In this document: positions 45,631 to 54,900 of the stretch, piece after piece
How positions within the stretch are numbered: position 1 is the first letter of the stretch
How the letters are laid out: each line of letters begins with the position of its first letter
NCBI GenBank assembly: GCA_049283795.1
Contig: JBAPWQ010000049.1
Span: 13,400-77,399, forward strand
Reading direction: 5' to 3'
Length of the DNA: 64,000 nucleotides
From: Desulfobacterales bacterium
Lineage (GTDB): Bacteria; Desulfobacterota; Desulfobacteria; Desulfobacterales; SG8-13
Notes under the pieces: model-generated
The model's database searches: none
What the model was told of the DNA's origin: nothing
What the model saw: only the letters and a program-made list of their open reading frames with translations
Translations under genes and position numbers: made by a program

Positions 45631-45795
45631 CGGGGTTGCGGGTTGCGGGTTTTATCGTGTGTTCGGTGTTTGGTATTTGGTGTTTCGGGTGGGAAATGAA
45701 CGAAACACGGCATCTATTCCTTCAAGCGGTGTGACCTGGAGCGATTAGCGTTCCTTATTGCGAGGTTCGAGTTTCCAGTATCAAGTCTCTATTTT
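45631..45795 (+). repeat. Composite intergenic element, copy B (T/G-rich heptad tract plus a conserved core)
   Basis: Heptads ggggttg|cgggttg|cgggttt|tatcgtg|tgttcgg|tgtttgg|tatttgg|tgtttcg. The core ccttcaagcggt...gcgttccttattgcgaggttcgagtttccagtatcaagtctc (45719..45789) is homologous to 11037..11094. Confidence 0.5.
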
Positions 45796-45921
45796 AGCTC
45801 CGCCTGCCGGTGCACTTATGGTATGGTGCGTCACCGGTGTTACCGCCGGCATGGCGAAATATAAGGATCTTCTGGGTCCTGTCATTTAGATAAAGACGCC
45901 ATCGTATTAAGGAGGCTTGCG

Positions 45922-48348
45922 ATGAAGGCTTACGAAAAACTGGGGGTATTTTATCTGGGGAAAGTTTTCGACCCGGCCACCCGCGAAAGGCGGGATGAAC
46001 CGCTCCTCTATGATTCCAGGGACCTTCTCACGCACGCCGTCATCATCGGCATGACCGGCAGCGGCAAGACCGGCTTGGGGATCGGCATGCTGGAGGAAGC
46101 GCTGATCGACAACGTCCCGGTGATCGCCATCGACCCCAAAGGCGATCTCGCCAACCTGCTTCTCGGCTTTCCCGATCTGCAGCCGCAGGATTTCCGGCCC
46201 TGGATCCAACCCGGCGACGCGGCGCGTCAGGGAATGGACCCGGAGCAGTTTGCCGAAAAAACCGCCGCCCTGTGGCGCGACGGCCTGGCGGCTTGGGACC
46301 AGGATCCGGCGCGAATTGCCCGGCTGCGCGCCGCCGCCGATTTCGCCGTCTACACGCCGGGCAGCAGTGCCGGTTTGCCGGTCAACGTTCTGCGCAGCTT
46401 CGCCCCGCCGCCGCCGGAAATTCGCGCGGACGGCGACCTGTTCCGGGAGCGGATCCAGACGACGGTCACCGCCCTGTTGACCCTGATGGGCATCGACGCC
46501 GAAGCCATCCACAGCCGCGAGCACATCCTGGTCTCCACCATTTTCGAGCAGGCCTGGAGCGCCGGCCGCGGCCTGGACCTGGCCGGACTCATCCGGCTCA
46601 TTCAGCAACCGCCGCTGGAGCGTGTCGGGGTGATTGATCTGGAGTCGTTCTATCCCGCCAAGGAGCGGTTTCAGCTGGCCCTGCGCTTGAACAACCTGCT
46701 GGCGGCCCCCGGCTTCGATTCCTGGCTTTCCGGAGATCCGCTGGACATCGGCCGCATGCTGTACACCCCTGCCGGCAAGCCCCGGGCCGCGATCTTTTCC
46801 ATCAGCCACCTGTCCGATGCCGAGCGCATGTTCTTTACCGCCCTGCTGCTCAATGAAATTCTCGGCTGGGTGCGGACCCAGCCGGGGACCGCCAGCCTTC
46901 GGGCGATTCTGTACATGGACGAAATCTTCGGGTTTTTCCCGCCGGTGAAAAACCCGCCGTCCAAGCCGCCGCTGCTGACGCTGTTGAAGCAGGCCCGGGC
47001 TTTCGGTCTGGGGGTGGTGCTGTCGACCCAGAACCCGGTCGACCTGGACTACAAGGGCCTGGCCAACACCGGGACCTGGTTTATCGGGCGGCTGCAGACC
47101 GAGAACGACAAGGAGCGCGTGATGGCCGGACTTGAAGGCGCCGCGGCCGGGGCGCGGTTCAACCGGCAGAAGATGGGTGAAATCCTGGCCGGTCTGGGTC
47201 AGCGGGTGTTTCTGATGAACAACGTGCACGACAGTGAACCGGTGGTTTTCGAGACCCGCTGGACGATGTCCTTTCTGGCGGGGCCGATGACCCGGGAGCA
47301 GATCAAGGCGCTTGGCGCGGTCACGGGTCATCCCGCGCCACCGGCGGCGCCGTCGTCCGGCGCGCCGTTGGCGACGGCGCCACTTGCCGGCAGCGGATTG
47401 CCGCCGCTACCGCCGACGGATGTCGCGGTGTATTATCTGCCGGCATCGGGCGCGGGCCAGGGCCTTTTGTATGTCCCGGCCGCCGGCGGCTGGCTGACTG
47501 TCCATTACAGCCATCGCGGTTACGGCGTCGACGTCAGCAAGACCATGGCCCTGGCTGCACCCATCGAAGACAGGCCCCTGCCGGTCGACTGGGACCAGGC
47601 CCTGGAGCTGGCGGGCGCTGCCGGGGACCTGGCCGGGTCTCCGCTGGCCGGGGCCGCGTTCGCGGACCTGCCCGCTGCCGCCAACCGGGCCGGGGATTAC
47701 AAAAAATGGTGCAAGGACATGCTGCGCTGGGTGCGGCAGAACCGTCCCCTGCTTCTCTACCAGTCCAAAAAGTTTAAAATGACCAGTTCCCCCGGCGAGA
47801 CCGAAGGCGCTTTTCGGGCGCGGCTCACTCAGACAGCCCGCGAGCAGCGGGACCTTGCGGTCGAAAACCTGCGCCGCAACTATGCGGAAAAGTTCGCCGC
47901 TCTCCAGGACCGCCGCCTGCGGGCCGAACAAGTTCTGGCGCGCGAGCAGGAGCAGGTCCAGACCAGAAAAATAGAGAGCGTGATCTCCTTTGGCACCGCC
48001 ATCCTGGGGTCGTTTCTGGGCCGCAAGGCCGTCAGCTCGCGCAACGTGACGCGGGTGGGCGCGGCCATGAAGTCGGCCGGGCGGCTGGGCAAGGAGCAGA
48101 TGGATGTTGCCCGCGCCCGGGAAACGATCGCCGCCGTGGACGGGAAAATTTCCGGACTCGAAGAGCGCCTGCAAATGGATATCGACGCGCTGGCGGCTGA
48201 CTACGATCCGTTGAGCGAGCCGCTGGACGAGGTGCGCGTCACCACCCGCAGCACCGACATCGCGCTCGATATTTTCGGTCTGTTGTGGCTGCCCTACCGC
48301 CGGCAGACCGGCGGGCGGTTGGTGCCGGACTGGTCGCAGCGCCCTTAA
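45922..48348 (+). CDS. HerA/DUF853-like P-loop ATPase with a ~330-aa C-terminal extension
   Basis: 808 aa. Walker A GMTGSGKTG and Walker B ILYMDEIF. STQNPVDLDYKGLANTGTWFIGRLQTE is typical of the helicase HerA-like C-terminal region. The tail is coiled-coil-rich. AAGGAGG RBS. Confidence 0.75.
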   Translation: MKAYEKLGVFYLGKVFDPATRERRDEPLLYDSRDLLTHAVIIGMTGSGKTGLGIGMLEEALIDNVPVIAIDPKGDLANLLLGFPDLQPQDFRPWIQPGDAARQGMDPEQFAEKTAALWRDGLAAWDQDPARIARLRAAADFAVYTPGSSAGLPVNVLRSFAPPPPEIRADGDLFRERIQTTVTALLTLMGIDAEAIHSREHILVSTIFEQAWSAGRGLDLAGLIRLIQQPPLERVGVIDLESFYPAKERFQLALRLNNLLAAPGFDSWLSGDPLDIGRMLYTPAGKPRAAIFSISHLSDAERMFFTALLLNEILGWVRTQPGTASLRAILYMDEIFGFFPPVKNPPSKPPLLTLLKQARAFGLGVVLSTQNPVDLDYKGLANTGTWFIGRLQTENDKERVMAGLEGAAAGARFNRQKMGEILAGLGQRVFLMNNVHDSEPVVFETRWTMSFLAGPMTREQIKALGAVTGHPAPPAAPSSGAPLATAPLAGSGLPPLPPTDVAVYYLPASGAGQGLLYVPAAGGWLTVHYSHRGYGVDVSKTMALAAPIEDRPLPVDWDQALELAGAAGDLAGSPLAGAAFADLPAAANRAGDYKKWCKDMLRWVRQNRPLLLYQSKKFKMTSSPGETEGAFRARLTQTAREQRDLAVENLRRNYAEKFAALQDRRLRAEQVLAREQEQVQTRKIESVISFGTAILGSFLGRKAVSSRNVTRVGAAMKSAGRLGKEQMDVARARETIAAVDGKISGLEERLQMDIDALAADYDPLSEPLDEVRVTTRSTDIALDIFGLLWLPYRRQTGGRLVPDWSQRP

Positions 48349-48517
48349 AAAAAAATAAACATAACGATTTCGGGATAGTGAGACCGCAACCGATTTCTTT
48401 TAGATGGCGAGCCTCGAAGAGAATACGCTCTTGATGACTTGGCCGAAATTTGAGATAAAACAGCCCGGATGACAAGGGCTTTCGCGTGAATCCACCGATT
48501 GCAGAAAGGAGTCCGCC

Positions 48518-50164
48518 ATGCCGGCCAAACAGATCCACCGAACTCCGTCAGCCCATTCGTATCAGCTCTTGATCAAGAACATGCTGTCCACGCCCCTGGT
48601 TTACGCCCCGAAACAGGAAATCGTCTACCGCGACCGCATGCGCTATGACTATGAAACGTTTTTCAAGCGCGTGACGCGGTTGGCCGGCATGCTGCAGCGG
48701 CAGGGCGTGCAGCCGGGTGACACCGTGGCGATGATGGACTGGGACAGCCACCGCTACCTGGAGTGTTTTTTTGCGGTGCCGATGATGGGCGCCGTGCTGC
48801 ATACCATCAATGTGCGCCTGTCGGCCGAGCAGCTTATTTACACCATCAACCACGCCGAGGACGACATCATCCTGGTCAACGCCGAATTTTTACCGCTGCT
48901 CGAGGGCATAAAAGAACAGTTCGAAACGGTCAAAAAGATTATCCTCATCAACGATGGCGACGATGCGCCGAATACCTCCCTGGCCGTCGTGGGGGAATAC
49001 GAGGCCCTTCTGGGTGAGAACGACGGGGGCTTCGAGTTTCCCGATTTCGATGAAAACACGATGGCGACCACCTTCTACACCACCGGCACCACCGGCCTGC
49101 CCAAGGGGGTTTACTTCAGCCATCGCCAGCTGGTGCTGCACACCTACGGCGTCATGGCCGGACTGTGCGCCTACAAAGCCCAGGCCAAAATCGATTCGGG
49201 CGACGTCTATATGCCCATGACGCCGATGTTCCACGTCCACGCCTGGGGCATCCCTTACCTGATGACGCTGCTGGGGAGCAAGCAGGTCTATCCGGGCCGC
49301 TACGAACCGGAAATGCTGCTGAAACTGGTCGCCGCGGAAAATGTCACCTTTTCCCACTGCGTGCCGACCATCCTGCACATGCTGGTGACCAGCCCGGCCG
49401 TGAAAAAGGTCGACCTGTCGCGCTGGAAGGTCGTTATCGGCGGCTCCGCACTGCCGAAGGGCCTCTGCCGGGCGGCGCTCGATCTGGGGATCAACGTTTT
49501 CACCGGCTACGGCATGTCCGAGACCTGCCCGATCCTGACCCTGGCGAACCTCAAGCCGCACATGCTCGAATGGGACCGCGACCGGCAGGTCGACCTCCGC
49601 TGCCGGACCGGGTTGCCGATCCCAAACGTCCTGCTCGACATCGTCGATCCGGAAGGAAAATCGCTGCCGCGCGACGGTCAGGCAACCGGGGAGGTGGTGG
49701 CCCGCTCGCCCTGGCTGACCCAGGGCTATCTGAAGGAACCCGGGCGCAGCGAAGAGCTGTGGCGCGGCGGCTGGTTGCACACCGGCGACGTGGGATTCAT
49801 CGACCGTGACGGCTACCTGAAGATCACCGACCGGATCAAGGATGTCATCAAGTCCGGCGGCGAATGGGTGTCCTCGCTGACCCTGGAGGATATCATCAGC
49901 CAGCACGAGGCCGTCAGCGAGGCGGCGGTCATCGCCGTGCCCGACGAAAAATGGGGGGAACGGCCGCTGGCCCTGGTGGTTTTGAAAAAAGAGTTTGCCG
50001 GTAAAGTAAAGGAAGAAGACCTGCTGAACTTTTTCATGAAGTACGTGCAGAACGGGACCATCCCCAAGTTCGGCGTGCCGGGCCAGGTGCTGCTGGTCGA
50101 GAGCATCGCCAAAACAAGCGTCGGCAAACTCAACAAAAGGGCCCTGCGCAAGCAGTTCCGGTAG
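48518..50164 (+). CDS. Acyl-CoA synthetase (AMP-forming; fatty-acid--CoA ligase family)
   Basis: 548 aa. AMP-binding motif YTTGTTGLPKGV, plus GYGMSET, TGDVGFIDRDGYLKITDRIKD and a C-terminal SVGKLNKR. Confidence 0.85.
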   Translation: MPAKQIHRTPSAHSYQLLIKNMLSTPLVYAPKQEIVYRDRMRYDYETFFKRVTRLAGMLQRQGVQPGDTVAMMDWDSHRYLECFFAVPMMGAVLHTINVRLSAEQLIYTINHAEDDIILVNAEFLPLLEGIKEQFETVKKIILINDGDDAPNTSLAVVGEYEALLGENDGGFEFPDFDENTMATTFYTTGTTGLPKGVYFSHRQLVLHTYGVMAGLCAYKAQAKIDSGDVYMPMTPMFHVHAWGIPYLMTLLGSKQVYPGRYEPEMLLKLVAAENVTFSHCVPTILHMLVTSPAVKKVDLSRWKVVIGGSALPKGLCRAALDLGINVFTGYGMSETCPILTLANLKPHMLEWDRDRQVDLRCRTGLPIPNVLLDIVDPEGKSLPRDGQATGEVVARSPWLTQGYLKEPGRSEELWRGGWLHTGDVGFIDRDGYLKITDRIKDVIKSGGEWVSSLTLEDIISQHEAVSEAAVIAVPDEKWGERPLALVVLKKEFAGKVKEEDLLNFFMKYVQNGTIPKFGVPGQVLLVESIAKTSVGKLNKRALRKQFR

Positions 50165-50218
50165 CATCGAAAAAAATCGGCGACACATGACTGGACATAG
50201 ACCGACCCATGGAGGCTC

Positions 50219-51796
50219 ATGATGTTTTTGAAATTTTTTACCTGGCTCCGGCACCGTCAAATTTTCCTTCTTTTTATTCTTCTGGCCGTTTTTGGCGGCT
50301 GTGCCCAGCTCGATCCCTCCGAGGCCGCGGCCAATGCTCCCTTTACTTTCGAAACGGCGGTCGATGAAGCCCACCAACTTTCTCTCGCCCCCTATAAAGA
50401 CCCCACGGGTGAGGTGCCCGAACGGCTCTTGAAGATCGACTATGACGACTGGCGTGACATTCGCTTCAAGCCGCCCAAGGCCCTGTGGCGCGATGAAAAT
50501 CTGCCCTTCACGCTGCAGTTCTTTCACCCGGGCCTTTACTTCGATCGGACGGTGAAGATCAACGTGATCGAACCGTCGGGCACCATCCATCCGGTGCGTT
50601 TTTCGAAAGACCTCTTCGACTACAAGAAAAAAAGGGTTGCGGACCTCGTGCCCAATGATCTGGGCTTTGCGGGCTTTCGCATCCACTATCCCATCAACAA
50701 GCCGGAATATCAGGACGAGGTGGCCGTGTTTTTGGGCGCCAGCTATTTCCGGGCGGTCGGTCGCAACATGAATTACGGTCTTTCGGCCCGCGGGTTGGCG
50801 GTCGACACCTATCTGCCGGGCGGCGAGGAATTTCCGTATTTCCGCAAGTTCTGGATCCAGAAACCGGCGCCCGACGCGACGACGCTCACCCTCTATGCCA
50901 TTCTGGACGGTCCCAGTATTGCCGGTGCCTACCAGTTTGTCATCCATCCCGGAAAAGAGACGGTGATGGACGTCAGAAGCACTCTTTTCCCAAGGCGAAA
51001 AATCGAGCAGCTCGGCATCGCGCCGATGACGAGCATGTTCTTTTACGGTGAAAACACGTATCCGCGGCCGGTAGACGATTTTCGGCCCGAAATTCACGAC
51101 ACCGACGGCTTGATGATGGAGACCGGGTCTGGTGAATGGATCTGGCGACCGCTGGTCAACCCGCCCCGGCTTCTGGTGACCGCCTTTCAGATGACCGAGC
51201 CCAAAGGCTTCGGCCTCCTTCAGCGGGACCAGGCGTATGATCACTACCAGGACATCGAGAGCAACTACGACAATCGGCCCAGTCTCTGGGTGGCGCCGGT
51301 TGGCAACTGGGGCGAGGGGCGGGTGCAGCTGATCATGATCCCGACCGACGAAGAGATCCACGACAATATCGTGGCCTTCTGGGTTCCCGCGACGCCGCCC
51401 GCGGTCGGACGGCCCGTCAGCTTCGACTACCGCATGAGCTGGCACTATTTCGCCGACGGGCATCGCCCGCCGGGCGCCTATGTGGATGCTTCCCGCACGG
51501 CCGAAGGCAAGGCGCCCGGGCTGCGGAAGTTCGTGGTCGATTTCACCGGCGGCGACCTGGCCGCACTTGCCGCCGATCAGCCGCTCGAAGCGATCGTCCA
51601 TGTCAGTCCCAATGCCACCCTGGTCGAACAACAGCTCGCCAAAGTGCCGCAAACCGGTCACTGGCGCCTGGTCTTTCAGATCGACCCTGAAAAGAAGTCG
51701 GACCCCGGACGAGCGGATCCGATCGAAATCCGGGCCTTTTTGAAAAAAGGGGCCGATGTCCTCAGTGAAACCTGGAGCTATGTCTATCTACCCTGA
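50219..51796 (+). CDS. opgG: Periplasmic glucan biosynthesis protein, OpgG/OpgD (MdoG) family
   Basis: 525 aa with a signal peptide (lipobox-like FGGC). The length and motifs FRIHYPIN, FLGASYFRAVG, FFYGEN and RPSLWV resemble MdoG/OpgG. The ATG may be 50219 or 50222. Confidence 0.8.
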   Translation: MMFLKFFTWLRHRQIFLLFILLAVFGGCAQLDPSEAAANAPFTFETAVDEAHQLSLAPYKDPTGEVPERLLKIDYDDWRDIRFKPPKALWRDENLPFTLQFFHPGLYFDRTVKINVIEPSGTIHPVRFSKDLFDYKKKRVADLVPNDLGFAGFRIHYPINKPEYQDEVAVFLGASYFRAVGRNMNYGLSARGLAVDTYLPGGEEFPYFRKFWIQKPAPDATTLTLYAILDGPSIAGAYQFVIHPGKETVMDVRSTLFPRRKIEQLGIAPMTSMFFYGENTYPRPVDDFRPEIHDTDGLMMETGSGEWIWRPLVNPPRLLVTAFQMTEPKGFGLLQRDQAYDHYQDIESNYDNRPSLWVAPVGNWGEGRVQLIMIPTDEEIHDNIVAFWVPATPPAVGRPVSFDYRMSWHYFADGHRPPGAYVDASRTAEGKAPGLRKFVVDFTGGDLAALAADQPLEAIVHVSPNATLVEQQLAKVPQTGHWRLVFQIDPEKKSDPGRADPIEIRAFLKKGADVLSETWSYVYLP

Positions 51797-51929
51797 TGCG
51801 ACCACCGATCACCGGACGAAGCACCGCTTCCTGTTCGGAAGCCGCTTTGTCCGGCGATTGCCCGCCTGCCGGTCTTAAGACCTTCAGTTCCTGTCTCATC
51901 AACACTTTGCGACGGAACCGGGAACGGAC

Positions 51930-54900
51930 ATGCCAGAGAAGGAGCACCAAAACGGCGCTGTTGCAAAAGACGGCCTGATGCGCAGCGTGTCCCTTTTCCT
52001 GTGTGGCATTCTGGCCGCGGCGGCCGCCGTTTATGCCACCGCGCGGGGACAGGGGTGGATGAGCGCCCTGCCGGCGGGTGTTCTCGGACTGCTGGCCGCC
52101 GGGTTCTTCAAGTTGCACTTCACCGGTAAACGGCTCACGCTGCTCGAAGGATTTCAGGACTTTTGCGTGCCGGCCTTTTTTGCGCTCTGCGTTCGGGCCG
52201 GCCTCGACATATGGCAGGTGCCCAGGACGTTAAACGACCCATTCGTTATGACAGGCCTGGCCGCGAGCCTGTTCGCAGTGATCTACATTCTGGCCGTTAT
52301 GCAACATCTGGCGGTTGCCGGCCGGCATCCGCAGCCGCCGCTGGCCGCCACGATTCTGGCGATTCCCCTTCTTTTCAACGGTTTGCTTCTCATCGGATCC
52401 ACGGATCTCGTGCGATGGATCGGACGCATGGTCCTGCCCGGTGAAACCGCAGGTTTCCTCCGGCCGGTATTCCTGGGGCGCAGCGTCATATTGGGGCTGT
52501 TCAACGAGGCGGTCGCCAACCTGATCGGCCTGCTGGTGGTCCGGCGCCTGGTCACGGATGCGAGGGTGCATGCCCTGCTGCTCGCCAGCGCGGTGATGGC
52601 CGCTGTCACGCCGGAATTGGCCGACTGGGGATCGGCCGCCTACCTGGCCGGCCTGCCCTGGATTGCCGCCGTACCGGCGGCACTTTTTTTTGCCATGCTC
52701 TCCCAGGCGGGGCTCTGGAGCCAGACCTTCCTGATTACCGGCCTGATCATGGATGCCTTCCACGGCAAGCAGCCGACCTGGTACTGGGGCTCCGACCACT
52801 TCCGGGCCGGTTTTACCAAAGGGTCGGTCTACAGCCTGGTTTTCATTGCGATTGTCCAGATTATGGCCGGGCTGATGCGCATGGACGCCGTCGTTTCGAT
52901 GGCCAGGGCCGCTCCGGTGATATTCTCTGCCGTTGCGGGAGCCCTGGCCTTTCCGTTTCTGAAGACCATCATCGAAACCTTCGACGGCAGCGACAGGTTT
53001 TTCCAGCGCGCCGGCCACAATTACCGCCAGGGAATCGGATTTCTGCGCGGGGCCGTCCTGGGCGGCTTTTGCGGGGATGCCTTCGCCAACGGCCTGCCGA
53101 TGGTCGGTGGCTACGAACGGTTTTTTTTCGGTCTTCTGGCCGGTGCGACCGGCTACGGCGGCCTTGATTTTCTAAAGAATGCCTTCGAGGTGCTGACCGG
53201 CAGAAGGCAGCGCCTGCAACCCTGGCGCGTCTATGCGCTGGGCATTATTTTGGGCGGCGTTGCCGGCGGCGGCCTGGCCTGGTATGCCGATACGTTGCAG
53301 TTGCGGGTGCTGGCCAGCAAGTTCCACAAATACGCGGCGCTTTACTATCCCGCGGCCGATAAGGCCGTAGCCGATTACGTCATTTACCCGCTTTTCAGCA
53401 AGTGGGGCGCCCTGAACCTGGGCCACACCCCCGGCGGTGTCCGGCTGCTTTACAACGAAGCGCTTTCGGGCGTGATCAACTGGTCGCTGGCGGCACCGCT
53501 TTTCAGCATCAACCTCGTTGTCCTCAATGCCATGCTCCAGCGCAGCACCGCGCCACTGAAAGAGTTGTTTACGCGCCAAGGGGTGGTGGGGCTGGTCGAG
53601 CAGGCCGTGCGCGTTCTGCGGTGGGGGTTGTGGATGGCACCGGTCATCTACTCCTTCCTGCGCATGTCCCCGGACCCGACATGGTACAACCAGGACGGCG
53701 CCATCCGGACGCTTGTGGCCACAGTCAAGAGCTGGACCCTTGACCCTGAAAGTTTTCGCGCCTGGAGCCTGAATGTATTTCTCAACCTGCTGGTCTACGA
53801 CTGGTTCCGCATTCTGATCTGGGTCGACCACATGGGCCTGCGGGTGGCGACGCTTGTCAATCTGTCTTTCGTCGGCGCCGACATTCTGGACGAGAAGGCG
53901 GCCCGGGCCATTGGCTTTTCAGCCCGGACCCGCTGCATGCCCCTGGGCTTGAGGCGGTTTGCCACCTGGGCGCCCTTGCTGATCCCTTTCTACCTGCCGC
54001 GCGGCACGGAATGGAATTATGTCTGGCAAACGTCGGCGGAACGCGCCGCGCGGCTGGCGGCAACCTCCTGGCCGCCGGTCTATTATGTCATGGGCGGATT
54101 TCTGATTGTTGCCGGCGGGCTGGGACTTTTTTTCGCCAGTCAAAAACGCCGGTTTCCGCGGGCGTTCATCCGGCCAATATCGGAAGCACCCCACGGTAGT
54201 CTTTCACCGCCGTGCGGGCACGAAAAATTCGTCTTGTCCAACGGCACGTACACCACCGAGATCACCGGCGACGGAAGGGGGTACAGCCGGGTTTTCAGCA
54301 GCGCAATAAAGGGTTTCGAGATTGACCTCACCCGCCGGCCGGATGACCCGCTTCAGATGCGGGGCAAGTTTTTTTATTTACGGGATCGCAGCAGTTCGCC
54401 GGATGAACCCGACCGGCCCTGGTCCATTGGCTTCTCTCCCGCGCGGAGTCCGGAAGGCGAATACCGGGCCGTGCAAGCCGATCCCCTTTCCATGGAGATG
54501 GCGACGGAACAAGCCGGTATCCGCGCCGCCGTGCATCTGCGCCTCGATGAGACGGAACCGGTGGAAATCCGGCACGTGCGGCTGGAAAACCATGCGTCGA
54601 GACCGCGGGTCATCGAACTGACCAGTTATCAGGAGTTCGGACTGAACAACACCGACGCTTACCGGCGCCACCCTTTTTTCAACCACCTGCACATCGGGAC
54701 GCGCTTCATACGTCCGATGGCGGCGTTGCTGGCCGGCAACCGCCTGCTCAAAAAGCCGCAAAAGGACGCGAGCGGGCGGCAGGCTTCCGCAGAGACGGCC
54801 TTCCACGCGGTGCGGGAGGATTCGATGAACGGGATTTCCCTCATCGGTTACCAGGATTCCCGGGCGCATTTCATCGGCCGCGAAACGCTGGCAACTCCCG

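Noticed and set aside
48890-51661. 923-aa minus-strand ORF across the acyl-CoA synthetase and opgG genes
   Set aside because: It is an antisense shadow ORF that spans two well-supported plus-strand genes and their intergenic gap. It has no recognisable motifs.
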